From positions 43,411 to 107,410 of the IMG/VR virus record IMGVR_UViG_3300032006_002703: a stretch of DNA of 64,000 bases; one strand, 5' to 3'. A program made the translations under genes and the position numbers. The first letter of the stretch is position 1. Each line of letters starts with the position of its first letter. Source of the DNA: a virus. Under the pieces are notes generated by a model, which was not told where the DNA came from, did no database searches, and saw only the letters and a program-made list of their open reading frames with translations. This document shows positions 38,347 through 47,237 of the stretch, piece after piece.

Positions 38347-40008
38347 ATGCCAGATTCAACACAATTAACTGCAAATGCTAATTATACAGAAGCTTATATT
38401 TTAAGCGCTAGTGCGTATCATGCACAAAATAATCCAACGGGAGTAAAGAACGGGGAAATATTTTTTGCAACGGATACTAAAAAAGTTTTCCTTGGCGTTG
38501 TAGACGCTCAAAGCAACCTCACATGGAGAGTATTAGAGTCTATTAATGCTGGTTCAACTTCAGACACAAATCCTATTAGTGCATCAGGCCCTGCTTGTTG
38601 GTATGACGCTAATAATAATTACTCTAATGATGGTGTTGCTCCTGGAATTAGGATGCGGTGCATAAGGGATATGTCTGGTAATGATTATCATATGGTTTCA
38701 AACCATGCCTCAAGTCAATTTACTTTATCTAAGGACGGCGGGGTTTATTATTTTGGCGACGGGGGGACTGCAGACCCCGATTCCACCTTAAGGTATAAGT
38801 GTGTTGATTCGGTTTTAAATTTAAGCGGTTTGAGAATAGGGGGTAATTTAGCCTTCAGCAATGGAGGCTGTAGCGGACTTGTTGTATTTAAACTTAAGTC
38901 TCCTTATGCTATGGGAACTGGCGATGATCAAAGCGGCCTACATGACGCTTATGCGCATTCTCTGCCATATGAGGAAATTGATACGGTTTATGCTAACGAA
39001 AGTGATCAAGAGCGCTTCTGGAGAAAAATGAATTGCAAGCCTGCTGATGTTACGAATCATTCTTTTTTCCCTTGGTATTCTGCGTATTTCTTTGGTAGAA
39101 ACTATGTCCACGGTACATCAATGAAGCATGGGGGCGGCTATTACTGGTATTCGGTTAGAAACCACACAGCGGGATATGTTCATCCCAGGGCAGGTATTTT
39201 TAATAATTGTCATCTAGGTTGGAATACTTTATTTTTTAGATCTGCAGGGGATGGCAAAGCTGCAGAAATTTTATTAAACGGACGAAATTTTATAGCCTTA
39301 TCGGCTCCCATGGCAGAGGGTTCGATTAAAGCGGATTATGATGGTGACTTTGGGCAGGCCCTTTGGGTCACAAACCCTCCTGGTGATAAAGATTTCCTGC
39401 GACCCATAAACACTAAATGGGAACTTCCTGACGCAGATGCGAATGGAGTGAAGACTACCCCGAAGAGTGAATATATCATGCATAATGGTTATGCATATGG
39501 CCATGCGTACGCGAAATATTGGAGATACCCCTACGTTGAACCTGGCTATGAATGGTATGCGGGGGATAATGTGGATGGCACAAACACGGCGGATACTGCT
39601 TATAGGAAGGGTAGCATGATGAGTTACGGCTACAATAATACGACTACGAGAAATGGGCTAGGTGAGTCGTTATTGGCCCCTGCGAATAGGCCTAATAGCA
39701 TATGGTATAATAGTATTATGTCGAATTACAATGGCAATATGCCTAATAAAGATACTATATCTACAAATGACGTTTCTGTTACCGTAGCTAATAACCAGCT
39801 TGATCTGACTGGCACTCAAACATCCTTATGGTCTGAGAATATAATGTGGAATAAGAGAATTTCTGATGATGACAGAGACGCAGTCCTCAAGGAGGTTCAT
39901 ACAAAATATCAAGCTAATGGGAGTGCTATGCCGCAATTGCCTGGAGGTAATACAAGTCCAGTTATGATGCCATCTAAAAATAGTCTGAGGGAAGGCCCCT
40001 GGGTGTGA
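38347..40008 (+). CDS. Putative receptor-binding/fibre protein
   Basis: N-terminal GEIFFATDTKKVFLG, WYDA...DMSGN.YH lectin-like start, C-terminal E.I.WNK.ISD....V...KY. Confidence 0.6.
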   Translation: MPDSTQLTANANYTEAYILSASAYHAQNNPTGVKNGEIFFATDTKKVFLGVVDAQSNLTWRVLESINAGSTSDTNPISASGPACWYDANNNYSNDGVAPGIRMRCIRDMSGNDYHMVSNHASSQFTLSKDGGVYYFGDGGTADPDSTLRYKCVDSVLNLSGLRIGGNLAFSNGGCSGLVVFKLKSPYAMGTGDDQSGLHDAYAHSLPYEEIDTVYANESDQERFWRKMNCKPADVTNHSFFPWYSAYFFGRNYVHGTSMKHGGGYYWYSVRNHTAGYVHPRAGIFNNCHLGWNTLFFRSAGDGKAAEILLNGRNFIALSAPMAEGSIKADYDGDFGQALWVTNPPGDKDFLRPINTKWELPDADANGVKTTPKSEYIMHNGYAYGHAYAKYWRYPYVEPGYEWYAGDNVDGTNTADTAYRKGSMMSYGYNNTTTRNGLGESLLAPANRPNSIWYNSIMSNYNGNMPNKDTISTNDVSVTVANNQLDLTGTQTSLWSENIMWNKRISDDDRDAVLKEVHTKYQANGSAMPQLPGGNTSPVMMPSKNSLREGPWV

Positions 40009-40012
40009 TGTA

Positions 40013-40234
40013 ATGAAGGTGTTTTTATACGAAAGCCTTGAGGATGCAGATTCAGAGAATCAAATCTTCTCTTCGATATTCGGAAGTGTTTGGTCTCAAC
40101 CAATGGAAATTACCACTGGTGACGCTAATGGCAAATTTTGGCTACCTTACTTAGCGGAACTTCAGCTGTATCAAGCGACTGGAGTTGTCGCAGACATTCC
40201 GAAAAACGAGATTTATTTACCCGAAGATAATTGA
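40013..40234 (+). CDS. Small acidic protein after fibre gene (possible assembly chaperone)
   Basis: Position and size only. Confidence 0.45.
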   Translation: MKVFLYESLEDADSENQIFSSIFGSVWSQPMEITTGDANGKFWLPYLAELQLYQATGVVADIPKNEIYLPEDN

Positions 40235-40927
40235 GTAGGCTATCGCTTCTTGGTGAGTGACATAACCTTCGTGGTCATGATCTGGAGTACCAACGTTAGG
40301 ATCTATAGCATCTATTCTTGCGGACAATAATTGTCCAGTAGCATTAAGCTCTCCCGATAGGAGGGAAATATAATTTTGAAGGTTTTCCCCCGTTTTATTT
40401 AACTCTCCAGAGAGTAAAAGTATTCCGTTTTGAAGATTCTGACCCGTTTGGAATAGTTCTCCAGAGAGATTCTTGTGGAGGGCGTAGAGATTCTGACCCG
40501 TTTGGAATAGTTCTCCAGAGAGATTCTTGTGGAGGGCGTAGAGATTCTGACCCGTTTGGAATAGTTCTCCAGAGAGATTCTTGTGGAGAGCGTAGAGATT
40601 CTGACCCGTTTGGAATAGTTCTCCAGAGAGATTCTTGTGGAGAGCGTAGAGATTCTGACCCGTTTGGAATAGTTCTCCAGAGAGATTCTTATGAAGAACA
40701 TAAAGGTCTTTTCCTGTAACGAATAAATTTCCGCTTGACGCGAATCCAAATTCGCTTGGGCCTCCCCATCCCCATGCTTCCGCTCCAGATATATATTGGG
40801 TATAAACTCCATCTACTATTACGTTGTGTCCAGAGACCCATACAAGGGGGTCTAAAACGTTTTCTCCTATTACGAATTCCTCTGGGCCTGTTCGTTTTAG
40901 GTAGTGCTTTATTTGTCTGATTTCCAT
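40217..40927 (-). CDS. SG/TG-rich coiled-coil repeat protein (putative virion fibre)
   Basis: 18-aa repeats LSGELFQTGQNLYALHKN; hydrophobic C-terminal AIAYSIIFG. Confidence 0.65.
   Translation of the reverse strand: MEIRQIKHYLKRTGPEEFVIGENVLDPLVWVSGHNVIVDGVYTQYISGAEAWGWGGPSEFGFASSGNLFVTGKDLYVLHKNLSGELFQTGQNLYALHKNLSGELFQTGQNLYALHKNLSGELFQTGQNLYALHKNLSGELFQTGQNLYALHKNLSGELFQTGQNLQNGILLLSGELNKTGENLQNYISLLSGELNATGQLLSARIDAIDPNVGTPDHDHEGYVTHQEAIAYSIIFG
40434..40690. repeat. 54-bp tandem repeat, about 4.75 copies (coding)
   Basis: AGATTCTGACCCGTTTGGAATAGTTCTCCAG recurs every 54 nt. Confidence 0.95.
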
Positions 40928-40948
40928 ATTGGGAGATCGAGTTTATGG

Positions 40949-43432
40949 TTAAAGGTTGAAAGCTTCGCTCCATACGGAGATTCCGTCTTCATTTGTAGCT
41001 TTTACTCTGCTGTAATATGTTGGGGCGGAGTCTGGCTTTTCTAATCCGAGGATAACTTTGCTAAAGCTCTCGTTGCTCTTTTCGCCAAGTGCTGCAAAGT
41101 CATCCCACTCCTCATAGTCATCCACTCCTTCTTCTGTTTCGCCCCAAACTATAATAATAGCGGCTGGTTTTGCTCCATATACTTTACCCTCCACTATATA
41201 TGAGATTGCTCCATTGTCTAGTAGTCCCGCATAACCTGCTGATATTTCTCTGACTATAGGAGTTTCGCTTATTAGCCACCCCTGCACTTCTGGGCTTTCT
41301 GTGGCAACTGGCGGTTCTGGAGCTAAGGGTGCTTGAGGGGCCCATGTTGTCCATCTTGTTTCTGGGAGAGGCTCGGGAGGATCAAACGCTCCGACTACCC
41401 TCTCTAGGTTTATTTCTGCGTTAGGATCTAGATACGTAATCGTATAGTCCACGTTGAAGTCGGATATTAAATGATCTCTCTTAATCATTATGTCGCTAGC
41501 ATTGGTGTTGTCTATAGAGACGCTGTGTCCATCGTATAGGTAAAAACTCTTGTAGTTTGTTTCGCTTGAATATATTTTAATAGGATAAATAGAATCATTT
41601 AAAATTGTTACGTTTTGTATATTATCTAGCCCGTGATCACTTAGTCTTTGTGCGCCATCTTGATTCCCTAGGAATGAGTCTAGCTTTAGTGCATATTGAG
41701 CCTCCGTGTCAAATGCATATTTTCTTTGCTTTGGGCGGTCATCTGGAGCGCTTTCGTCTAATATAAAAAACTGGCCCGCCTCTGGAGTATTGGGATTGTC
41801 TCTACCGTTTTTATACTGAGTGTTAAATAGGTCGTCAAGGATGTCTCTATCTACTCCGTATTGAGGTGGAGGATTATTTCCGTATACATCAGAGTCTGGA
41901 GCCTCCATTAGAATATGGTCCGCTTCTATTTTTTCTGTAAACGTGTCTGTTCTTTTTGTAAATTGAAGTCTTGATAAAGCGTTGTTTACTTCTGCTAATC
42001 CAGATATATTAACTAGCGCCTGATGGGTTTTTGCGTCAGATGTTATAAGTTTTCCACTGAGAATCGGTATGATTTTATCTAGATCTTGCCTTGCTAGGAG
42101 GGCCTCTCCTGAAATTGATCGAAGTAATCCATGCGCCGTTTCATCAGAATCCACGGTAACTCCAACCTCTATGTCTGCAAGTTCTCCTGAGATGCCTTTA
42201 AGCCATCTATTCGTTTCCGTCATTTGACCAGTAAGAGTACCTGAAACGCTTTCTAGTAGTCCATGGGTTTTTACGTCTGCGTCTGTTGAGACGTGGACCT
42301 CTATGTCCGCAAGTTCTCCTGAGATGCCTTTGAGCCATCTATTCGTTTCCGTCATTTGACCAGTGAGAGTACCTGAAACGCTTTCTAGTAGTCCATGGGT
42401 TTTTACGTCTGCGTCTGTTGAGACGTGGACCTCTATGTCCGCAAGTTCTCCAGAGATTCCAGATAATTGGATATTAGTTTGCTTTGCTTTGTTTAAAAGT
42501 TCCGTTTCAAGTTGCACGCTCCAAAGGGTTTGATCCTTGATGTCTGCAAGTTTTAAGTATTGGCTGGATGCTGTCTCTTTAAGCGTCTCTAACTTTGCAC
42601 TGGTCTCACTTTGTTCAAATAGGTTTCCCGTTAGAGTTCCTGAGATATTTTCCAATAGGCCATGGCTTTTAATATCCGCATCCGTAGAGACATGGACCTC
42701 TATATCAGAAAGTTCGCCAGATATACCAGAAAGCCACGTGTTGGATGATGTTATTTTATCGTTTATTTTTTGGGATTGATTATCTATGTCTTCCGAGACT
42801 GCAATAACGTCATCTAAACTATTGTTTATGGTAATGAGTCGAGAAATGGAATCTTTTTGTTCGAAGAGTGATCCTGTAAGTGTTCCAGAAACGCTTTCAA
42901 GTAATTCATGTGTTTTAGTGTCCGCATCTGTAGAAACATGAACTTCTATGTCTGCCAGTTCTCCAGAGATTCCTGAAAGCCACGTGTTGGATTTTACGTT
43001 TTCAGTTAAGGTGTTTGCCGCAATGGGAAGGCTTGTTTCCGCGAGAGATTTTATCCCTTGTAGTTCACTTAGGTTACCCGCTAGGAGTCCTACTTGCTGG
43101 TTGAGTTGAGGGCTAATAGTTTCTTCTAAGAGATTGTTGGTTTTATTCACCAACAGTAAACTTCCAGAGGTTGACCCAGATATACTGCTCAAATATGTGT
43201 GAGCAACGGTATCATGATCGAGTTTTGCTTCTACATGTATACCGCTTAATTGACCAGAGAAAACTCTTAGTATAGTATCTAACTTATCTTCATTAGTATC
43301 TGGGGTCCAGACGCCAGATTGACTATCCCATCTGTACTGTAACGAAGGCGATGCGGCATTGCCTTGAAACTTCGTGTATTCGTCGGAATATGTGGGATTT
43401 TTTTTATAATCAGGCTGGTCTTGGTTGGTCAT
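40949..43432 (-). CDS. SG-rich repeat protein with C-terminal FN3-like domain (putative virion protein)
   Basis: Repeated L.GISGELADIEVHVSTDAD.KTH.LLE.VSGTLTG; Pro-rich linker; IVWG...YYSRVKATNEDG..WSE; GTGTAA box upstream. Confidence 0.6.
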   Translation of the reverse strand: MTNQDQPDYKKNPTYSDEYTKFQGNAASPSLQYRWDSQSGVWTPDTNEDKLDTILRVFSGQLSGIHVEAKLDHDTVAHTYLSSISGSTSGSLLLVNKTNNLLEETISPQLNQQVGLLAGNLSELQGIKSLAETSLPIAANTLTENVKSNTWLSGISGELADIEVHVSTDADTKTHELLESVSGTLTGSLFEQKDSISRLITINNSLDDVIAVSEDIDNQSQKINDKITSSNTWLSGISGELSDIEVHVSTDADIKSHGLLENISGTLTGNLFEQSETSAKLETLKETASSQYLKLADIKDQTLWSVQLETELLNKAKQTNIQLSGISGELADIEVHVSTDADVKTHGLLESVSGTLTGQMTETNRWLKGISGELADIEVHVSTDADVKTHGLLESVSGTLTGQMTETNRWLKGISGELADIEVGVTVDSDETAHGLLRSISGEALLARQDLDKIIPILSGKLITSDAKTHQALVNISGLAEVNNALSRLQFTKRTDTFTEKIEADHILMEAPDSDVYGNNPPPQYGVDRDILDDLFNTQYKNGRDNPNTPEAGQFFILDESAPDDRPKQRKYAFDTEAQYALKLDSFLGNQDGAQRLSDHGLDNIQNVTILNDSIYPIKIYSSETNYKSFYLYDGHSVSIDNTNASDIMIKRDHLISDFNVDYTITYLDPNAEINLERVVGAFDPPEPLPETRWTTWAPQAPLAPEPPVATESPEVQGWLISETPIVREISAGYAGLLDNGAISYIVEGKVYGAKPAAIIIVWGETEEGVDDYEEWDDFAALGEKSNESFSKVILGLEKPDSAPTYYSRVKATNEDGISVWSEAFNL
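42165..42455. repeat. 132-bp tandem repeat, about 2.2 near-identical copies plus degenerate copies near 42.7 and 42.9 kb
   Basis: ATGTC(T/C)GCAAGTTCTCC at 42171, 42303 and 42435. Confidence 0.9.
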
Positions 43433-43467
43433 ACCAAGATATGTTTACACCTAAATGTTAGCCGTTT

Positions 43468-43809
43468 CTACCTATCTTGCGGGTGTTTTTTCCCTCCGCG
43501 CTCTTTACTCCAGTTTTTAAACCACTTTGATTGGACTGGATCCCTTCCGTCTTTATCTTTCCTTTTTTCGGAAAGCTCTTTACTTCGATCTAGTAAATCT
43601 CCGTAAGTTTCTTTCTTGTTTGCCGTTGAAGCTAAAAAATCTTTTGAAGAGTAAGGGTCAACTAAGGTGTCAAATGAGGGGTTCGGCGCAGTAAATAACC
43701 TTACCCATTCAAGTCCGTCTTCATCTATGTATACTTTTTCGTCATTCATCCCTAATATAACCTCTTTAATCTCAAGGGTTTTGGGGTTCTGGAAATCGTA
43801 CGCTGGCAT
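43468..43809 (-). CDS. FmdB-like regulatory protein lacking the zinc-ribbon cysteines
   Basis: MPAYDF......I.EV...M.D.......W.RLFTAP layout with no Cys. Confidence 0.55.
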   Translation of the reverse strand: MPAYDFQNPKTLEIKEVILGMNDEKVYIDEDGLEWVRLFTAPNPSFDTLVDPYSSKDFLASTANKKETYGDLLDRSKELSEKRKDKDGRDPVQSKWFKNWSKERGGKKHPQDR

Positions 43810-43822
43810 ATATAATATTATG

Positions 43823-44908
43823 CTATGAACCTATAATTTCTAAAATTGAAGACATGGAGTTATCGTATTTAAATTCTTCCTGAAGCTCAAGACCTTTAGC
43901 GTTTTCCTTTCCGACCCTTTCTTCTGCTTCTTTCATTGCGTTAATCATATCGCTATCTTCAAAATTATATATATTCCCTACATTGAAGTCCCCTTCTTCT
44001 TGAAAAAACATTCCGTCCGCTGCAGGTTCTTTACCAACTGGATCAATCATGATTGCATTTGAGGGGTTTGCCCAATCTTTATGAGCCCCACAATTTAACA
44101 CAATGCTCCATTTCCCTAGTGCTGATGAATTGAACGCAGGTAAATTCCAGCCTTCTGCGCCACTTAGACCAGATAGATCTATGTCGATAGCATTAAGATA
44201 ATCATTAACTTGCGAGTTTTTAGGGAGAAAAGGTAAGAAATTTATATTCCCTATTCTTTCTCCGTTTGTAGGTTTTAGCAAGAGCTGTTTCATTTGGTCT
44301 TCTTTTATGAAGGGATTTGATACGCAGCATGTTAGTTGGTATTTATAGTTATTTCCATAAGTCTCCGCCCATAGTTTTATTATCTTTTCTGTATGCTTTC
44401 GTTTTTCCCATTTTCCCATTAATCCAAAATGAATCTTATCTTTTAGATATTCTTTATTGGTTTTGTGAAAATCGGGGTCGAAACCTAGGGGTACAAAATG
44501 AACATTCTCGCACCCTTTCCTTTTGAATAAGTCAGCCGCGCAGCTGCTACTAAAGATTACCTTATCTTGTAGGTTGACTAGGTTAACCTCTGTCTCTGTT
44601 GGGTTGTCAAGCTCGTAAAATGTATATAAAGTTTGATTTCGAGTTATTCTATTTTCTGAGCCATTTATGTGCCACATTTGAATCGTGGGGGAGTCTGAAC
44701 TAACCTTACGAAATCTAGAGTCAACCCCTTCTTGGAGCCAAGCCCTAAAATCTTGAGGCAGTAAATCAAATGCAGAAAGGTCCCCCTTTTCTCCTATGGG
44801 AAAAATAGAGACTTCCTTTTTTAAGTTCCTAAGAGATCTTAAGAAATTTAAAGAAACGTTCCCAAATGAAAGGGAATTTAGGGGACCTTTGAATACAATA
44901 TTGTCCAT
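43823..44908 (-). CDS. GT-B (GT4-like) glycosyltransferase
   Basis: VPLGFDP, GKWEKRK, SGAEGWNLPAF (EGxxLP motif). Confidence 0.82.
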   Translation of the reverse strand: MDNIVFKGPLNSLSFGNVSLNFLRSLRNLKKEVSIFPIGEKGDLSAFDLLPQDFRAWLQEGVDSRFRKVSSDSPTIQMWHINGSENRITRNQTLYTFYELDNPTETEVNLVNLQDKVIFSSSCAADLFKRKGCENVHFVPLGFDPDFHKTNKEYLKDKIHFGLMGKWEKRKHTEKIIKLWAETYGNNYKYQLTCCVSNPFIKEDQMKQLLLKPTNGERIGNINFLPFLPKNSQVNDYLNAIDIDLSGLSGAEGWNLPAFNSSALGKWSIVLNCGAHKDWANPSNAIMIDPVGKEPAADGMFFQEEGDFNVGNIYNFEDSDMINAMKEAEERVGKENAKGLELQEEFKYDNSMSSILEIIGS

Positions 44909-45291
44909 TAAAATGGAATCTCTTCTAAAACTTCATCCTCTGTCTTTTTATTCTCTTGAGAATCTTTCGTTTGCTCCGAATCCTTTTGGTCACTGAGGAA
45001 ATGAACCCTTTCTGCGGCGCAGAATAGTTTGGTTCGTTTTTCCTGTTCCTTGGTTTCCCATCTTTTAAGTTCGAGCCTACCTTCCACGATAACCTTGCGC
45101 CCCTTTTCAAGGAATTTACTACAATTGTCCGCAAGCTTGTTCCAAGCTTCTACGTCAATATAGGTTGGTTCATTCTCCTTATATGGGTTATTGATAGCTA
45201 TGCCGAATTTACAGACGGTGTACTTTTCGTTGATGTTTGAGGATTCTGGATCCCTGGTGAGGTTTCCTTCTGCTATGAATTTATTTAACAT
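44908..45291 (-). CDS. ssb: Single-stranded DNA-binding protein
   Basis: N....GNLTRDPE, AWNKLA...L.KG..V.VEGRL...W, acidic tail EEIPF. Confidence 0.95.
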   Translation of the reverse strand: MLNKFIAEGNLTRDPESSNINEKYTVCKFGIAINNPYKENEPTYIDVEAWNKLADNCSKFLEKGRKVIVEGRLELKRWETKEQEKRTKLFCAAERVHFLSDQKDSEQTKDSQENKKTEDEVLEEIPF

Positions 45292-45892
45292 AATTTATAA
45301 TTTCCTTGTTAAGGGTTTGTTTTACATATGAAATCGCTGCATTATGAATATTTATGCAACCTTGAATACTTAGGCCCATTTCTTTTGCCACATCTTTCCA
45401 GGGCATAAGTTTATTTTGTTTTCCCTCTTCATATCTTAAATTAAAGATTCTTCCCACACGATTATCCTTGTGTTCTTTTACTATTTCTAGTATTTTTTCA
45501 TAAGAGTCGATATCTAATGATTCTTTCGGATCTGGTGCGTGAGTCTTCATTAAAAATTCGAGGTTATTGTATTTGTGATTGAAGATTTTAGATTGCTTTT
45601 TGTGTTTATTGTAAGTATTTAAACATAACCATCTCGCTTCATTTCCTAGGAATGTAGAAAATTTTGTTTTCTTTGATGGGTTGTATTTAAGTGCTGCTTG
45701 ATAAATATAGTAATCCTTTTCCTGTATTAGTTCTAAACCAAATTTCAGAAAGTTCGATCGTTCGAAATGAGATGTTACTATGGATATAAAAATTCCACTA
45801 TGTCTCAGGATCAATTCTTTGATCGCAGAATCTGCGGCGTTATTGTCCTTAACGTTTTGGACTAATTGGTTATCTGTAAGTTTTTTAGGCAT
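45281..45892 (-). CDS. Phage-encoded sigma70-family factor
   Basis: Region 2-like YQAALKYNPSK.TKFSTF; region 4-like HTH WKDVAKEMGLSIQGCINIHN.AI. Confidence 0.8.
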   Translation of the reverse strand: MPKKLTDNQLVQNVKDNNAADSAIKELILRHSGIFISIVTSHFERSNFLKFGLELIQEKDYYIYQAALKYNPSKKTKFSTFLGNEARWLCLNTYNKHKKQSKIFNHKYNNLEFLMKTHAPDPKESLDIDSYEKILEIVKEHKDNRVGRIFNLRYEEGKQNKLMPWKDVAKEMGLSIQGCINIHNAAISYVKQTLNKEIINYVK

Positions 45893-46440
45893 TGTTTTAC
45901 TATTGATCTACATTCCTCTATATCCTCGAAGGTATCCCAATTGATTAATTGATCTGCGCACTCCATTAATAGGGGATCGCTTTCCTCTTCTTCATTGTTA
46001 GATGGAGGAAGGAGGGTAGGCTGGCCATCAAGTGAGATTGTCCTTGAAATATGAATTAGTTTCCCACCGAGACTGTGAATCCAGTCTGCTTCATTTCTAT
46101 ATCTCACATCCGTGACTACAGGCAGTACTTCATCTTTAATATAAGATCTTGCATCTTCTTCAATCTTTTTTATCCAGCAAGATGAGTCAAGCTTCCTTCT
46201 TAAGTGAGTTCCATAGGTTACTAAAAAAGGTCTAATAACTTCCTTTTCCTTTGGGTCGTTAGTAAAAGGAGATATTCCTATATTTTTAACTAAAAACTCT
46301 CTGCACTCATCCTTGAGTGCATCTGCAAATGCCAACCTGCGGGCACCTATTCTTGAAGAGATAAATGAATAGAAGGTGTCTTTTCCGCTTCTAGCGACTC
46401 CTGAAATTCCTAAGATTGAAGGCTTATGATTCATCTTCAT
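45862..46440 (-). CDS. Deoxynucleoside monophosphate kinase-like P-loop protein
   Basis: GISGVARSGKDT, AFADALK, R.FL..YGT..R, VTDVRY.NE..WI...GG..I.I.R. Confidence 0.85.
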   Translation of the reverse strand: MKMNHKPSILGISGVARSGKDTFYSFISSRIGARRLAFADALKDECREFLVKNIGISPFTNDPKEKEVIRPFLVTYGTHLRRKLDSSCWIKKIEEDARSYIKDEVLPVVTDVRYRNEADWIHSLGGKLIHISRTISLDGQPTLLPPSNNEEEESDPLLMECADQLINWDTFEDIEECRSIVKQCLKNLQITN

Positions 46441-46741
46441 TGTAAAGATCCAGCGCCTGATCAAATGATTCTGCTAGATCATCCATTCCCGCCAAGATCA
46501 GGACCGCCTTGGTCGGTATGAATGTATAGCTGGCGGAAGTTGTTATCTCTGTAAGTGTTGAGGTGATATCCATACATCCAATTGTAGGGGACAGTTGGGT
46601 TTTTGTTCCAAATTTCTCAAAAATACTAGAAATTGCTAGTATGCAAGCATCATTTCTTGTAGGAGCCTTTATTGCCATTTCCCAGTTACCTGAAGTTATG
46701 GCATAAAGTCGGTCGGAATCGGATTCTAGTTTTAATATCAT
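46424..46741 (-). CDS. Hypothetical protein
   Basis: ATG 46741 lies 7 nt after a -10 box; the ORF-track TTG start is the -35 box itself. Confidence 0.65.
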   Translation of the reverse strand: MILKLESDSDRLYAITSGNWEMAIKAPTRNDACILAISSIFEKFGTKTQLSPTIGCMDITSTLTEITTSASYTFIPTKAVLILAGMDDLAESFDQALDLYNEDES

Positions 46742-46748
46742 GGCTCCT

Positions 46749-46777
46749 ATAATACAACATATATCCAATAATGTCAA
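46749..46777 (-). promoter_or_regulatory. sigma70-type promoter (leftward: dNMP kinase, sigma, ssb block)
   Basis: TTGACA-17nt-TATTAT. Confidence 0.82.
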
Positions 46778-46848
46778 GGATAAATTCTGTTTAAAGATGC
46801 TTCTTATCTAAAGGTTACTATTTAAATAATATTTATATTAATACATGA

Positions 46849-46883
46849 TTGAATTTTCACACTACGGCGTTTGAATTTTCAAA
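46849..46883. repeat. Direct repeat TTGAATTTTCA x2 (22-bp period); second copy within inverted repeat TTTGAA-TT-TTCAAA
   Basis: Copies at 46849-46859 and 46871-46881 between divergent promoters. Confidence 0.75.
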
Positions 46884-46890
46884 CTTAGAC

Positions 46891-46919
46891 TTGACAATTT
46901 TATTTTAGAATGATAGTAT
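46891..46919 (+). promoter_or_regulatory. sigma70-type promoter (rightward) with extended -10
   Basis: TTGACA-17nt-TAGTAT with TG.n upstream, 6 nt before ATG 46926. Confidence 0.8.
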
Positions 46920-46925
46920 AGAACA

Positions 46926-47237
46926 ATGCAAAAGTTTATAGCTGTTCCATGGAAGATTCAAGAAGACGTGATTAAGGGGAAACTAATAGGCACCGATCTT
47001 GCGGTTTTCATGCACCTCGCCTCAAAATGTGGTCACGGAGAAAGGATATTCACATCGAGAGAGTCCATACAAAAGGCAATGGGAGGGATCTCCCTCAGTA
47101 GAGTTGCAGATAGTTTAGGAAGACTTAATAAGGCGGGTCACATTGAGAGAAAAAGATTAAATGGCACAACCTCAACGAGGTTACTCACGTTCGTGAAAGA
47201 CGCAAGACACATCTACATCAAGGGGAAGATAAGTTGA
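46926..47237 (+). CDS. Winged-helix DNA-binding protein resembling phage replication-initiator N-terminal HTH
   Basis: L....LAVFMHL.....G...FTSRESI...MG.ISLSRV..SL.RL.KAGHIER pattern. Confidence 0.7.
   Translation: MQKFIAVPWKIQEDVIKGKLIGTDLAVFMHLASKCGHGERIFTSRESIQKAMGGISLSRVADSLGRLNKAGHIERKRLNGTTSTRLLTFVKDARHIYIKGKIS

Noticed and set aside
34470-40008. Diversity-generating retroelement targets in Asn/Tyr-rich fibres
   Set aside because: No reverse transcriptase and no template/variable repeat pair differing at adenines seen in this window; cannot be excluded elsewhere in the genome.
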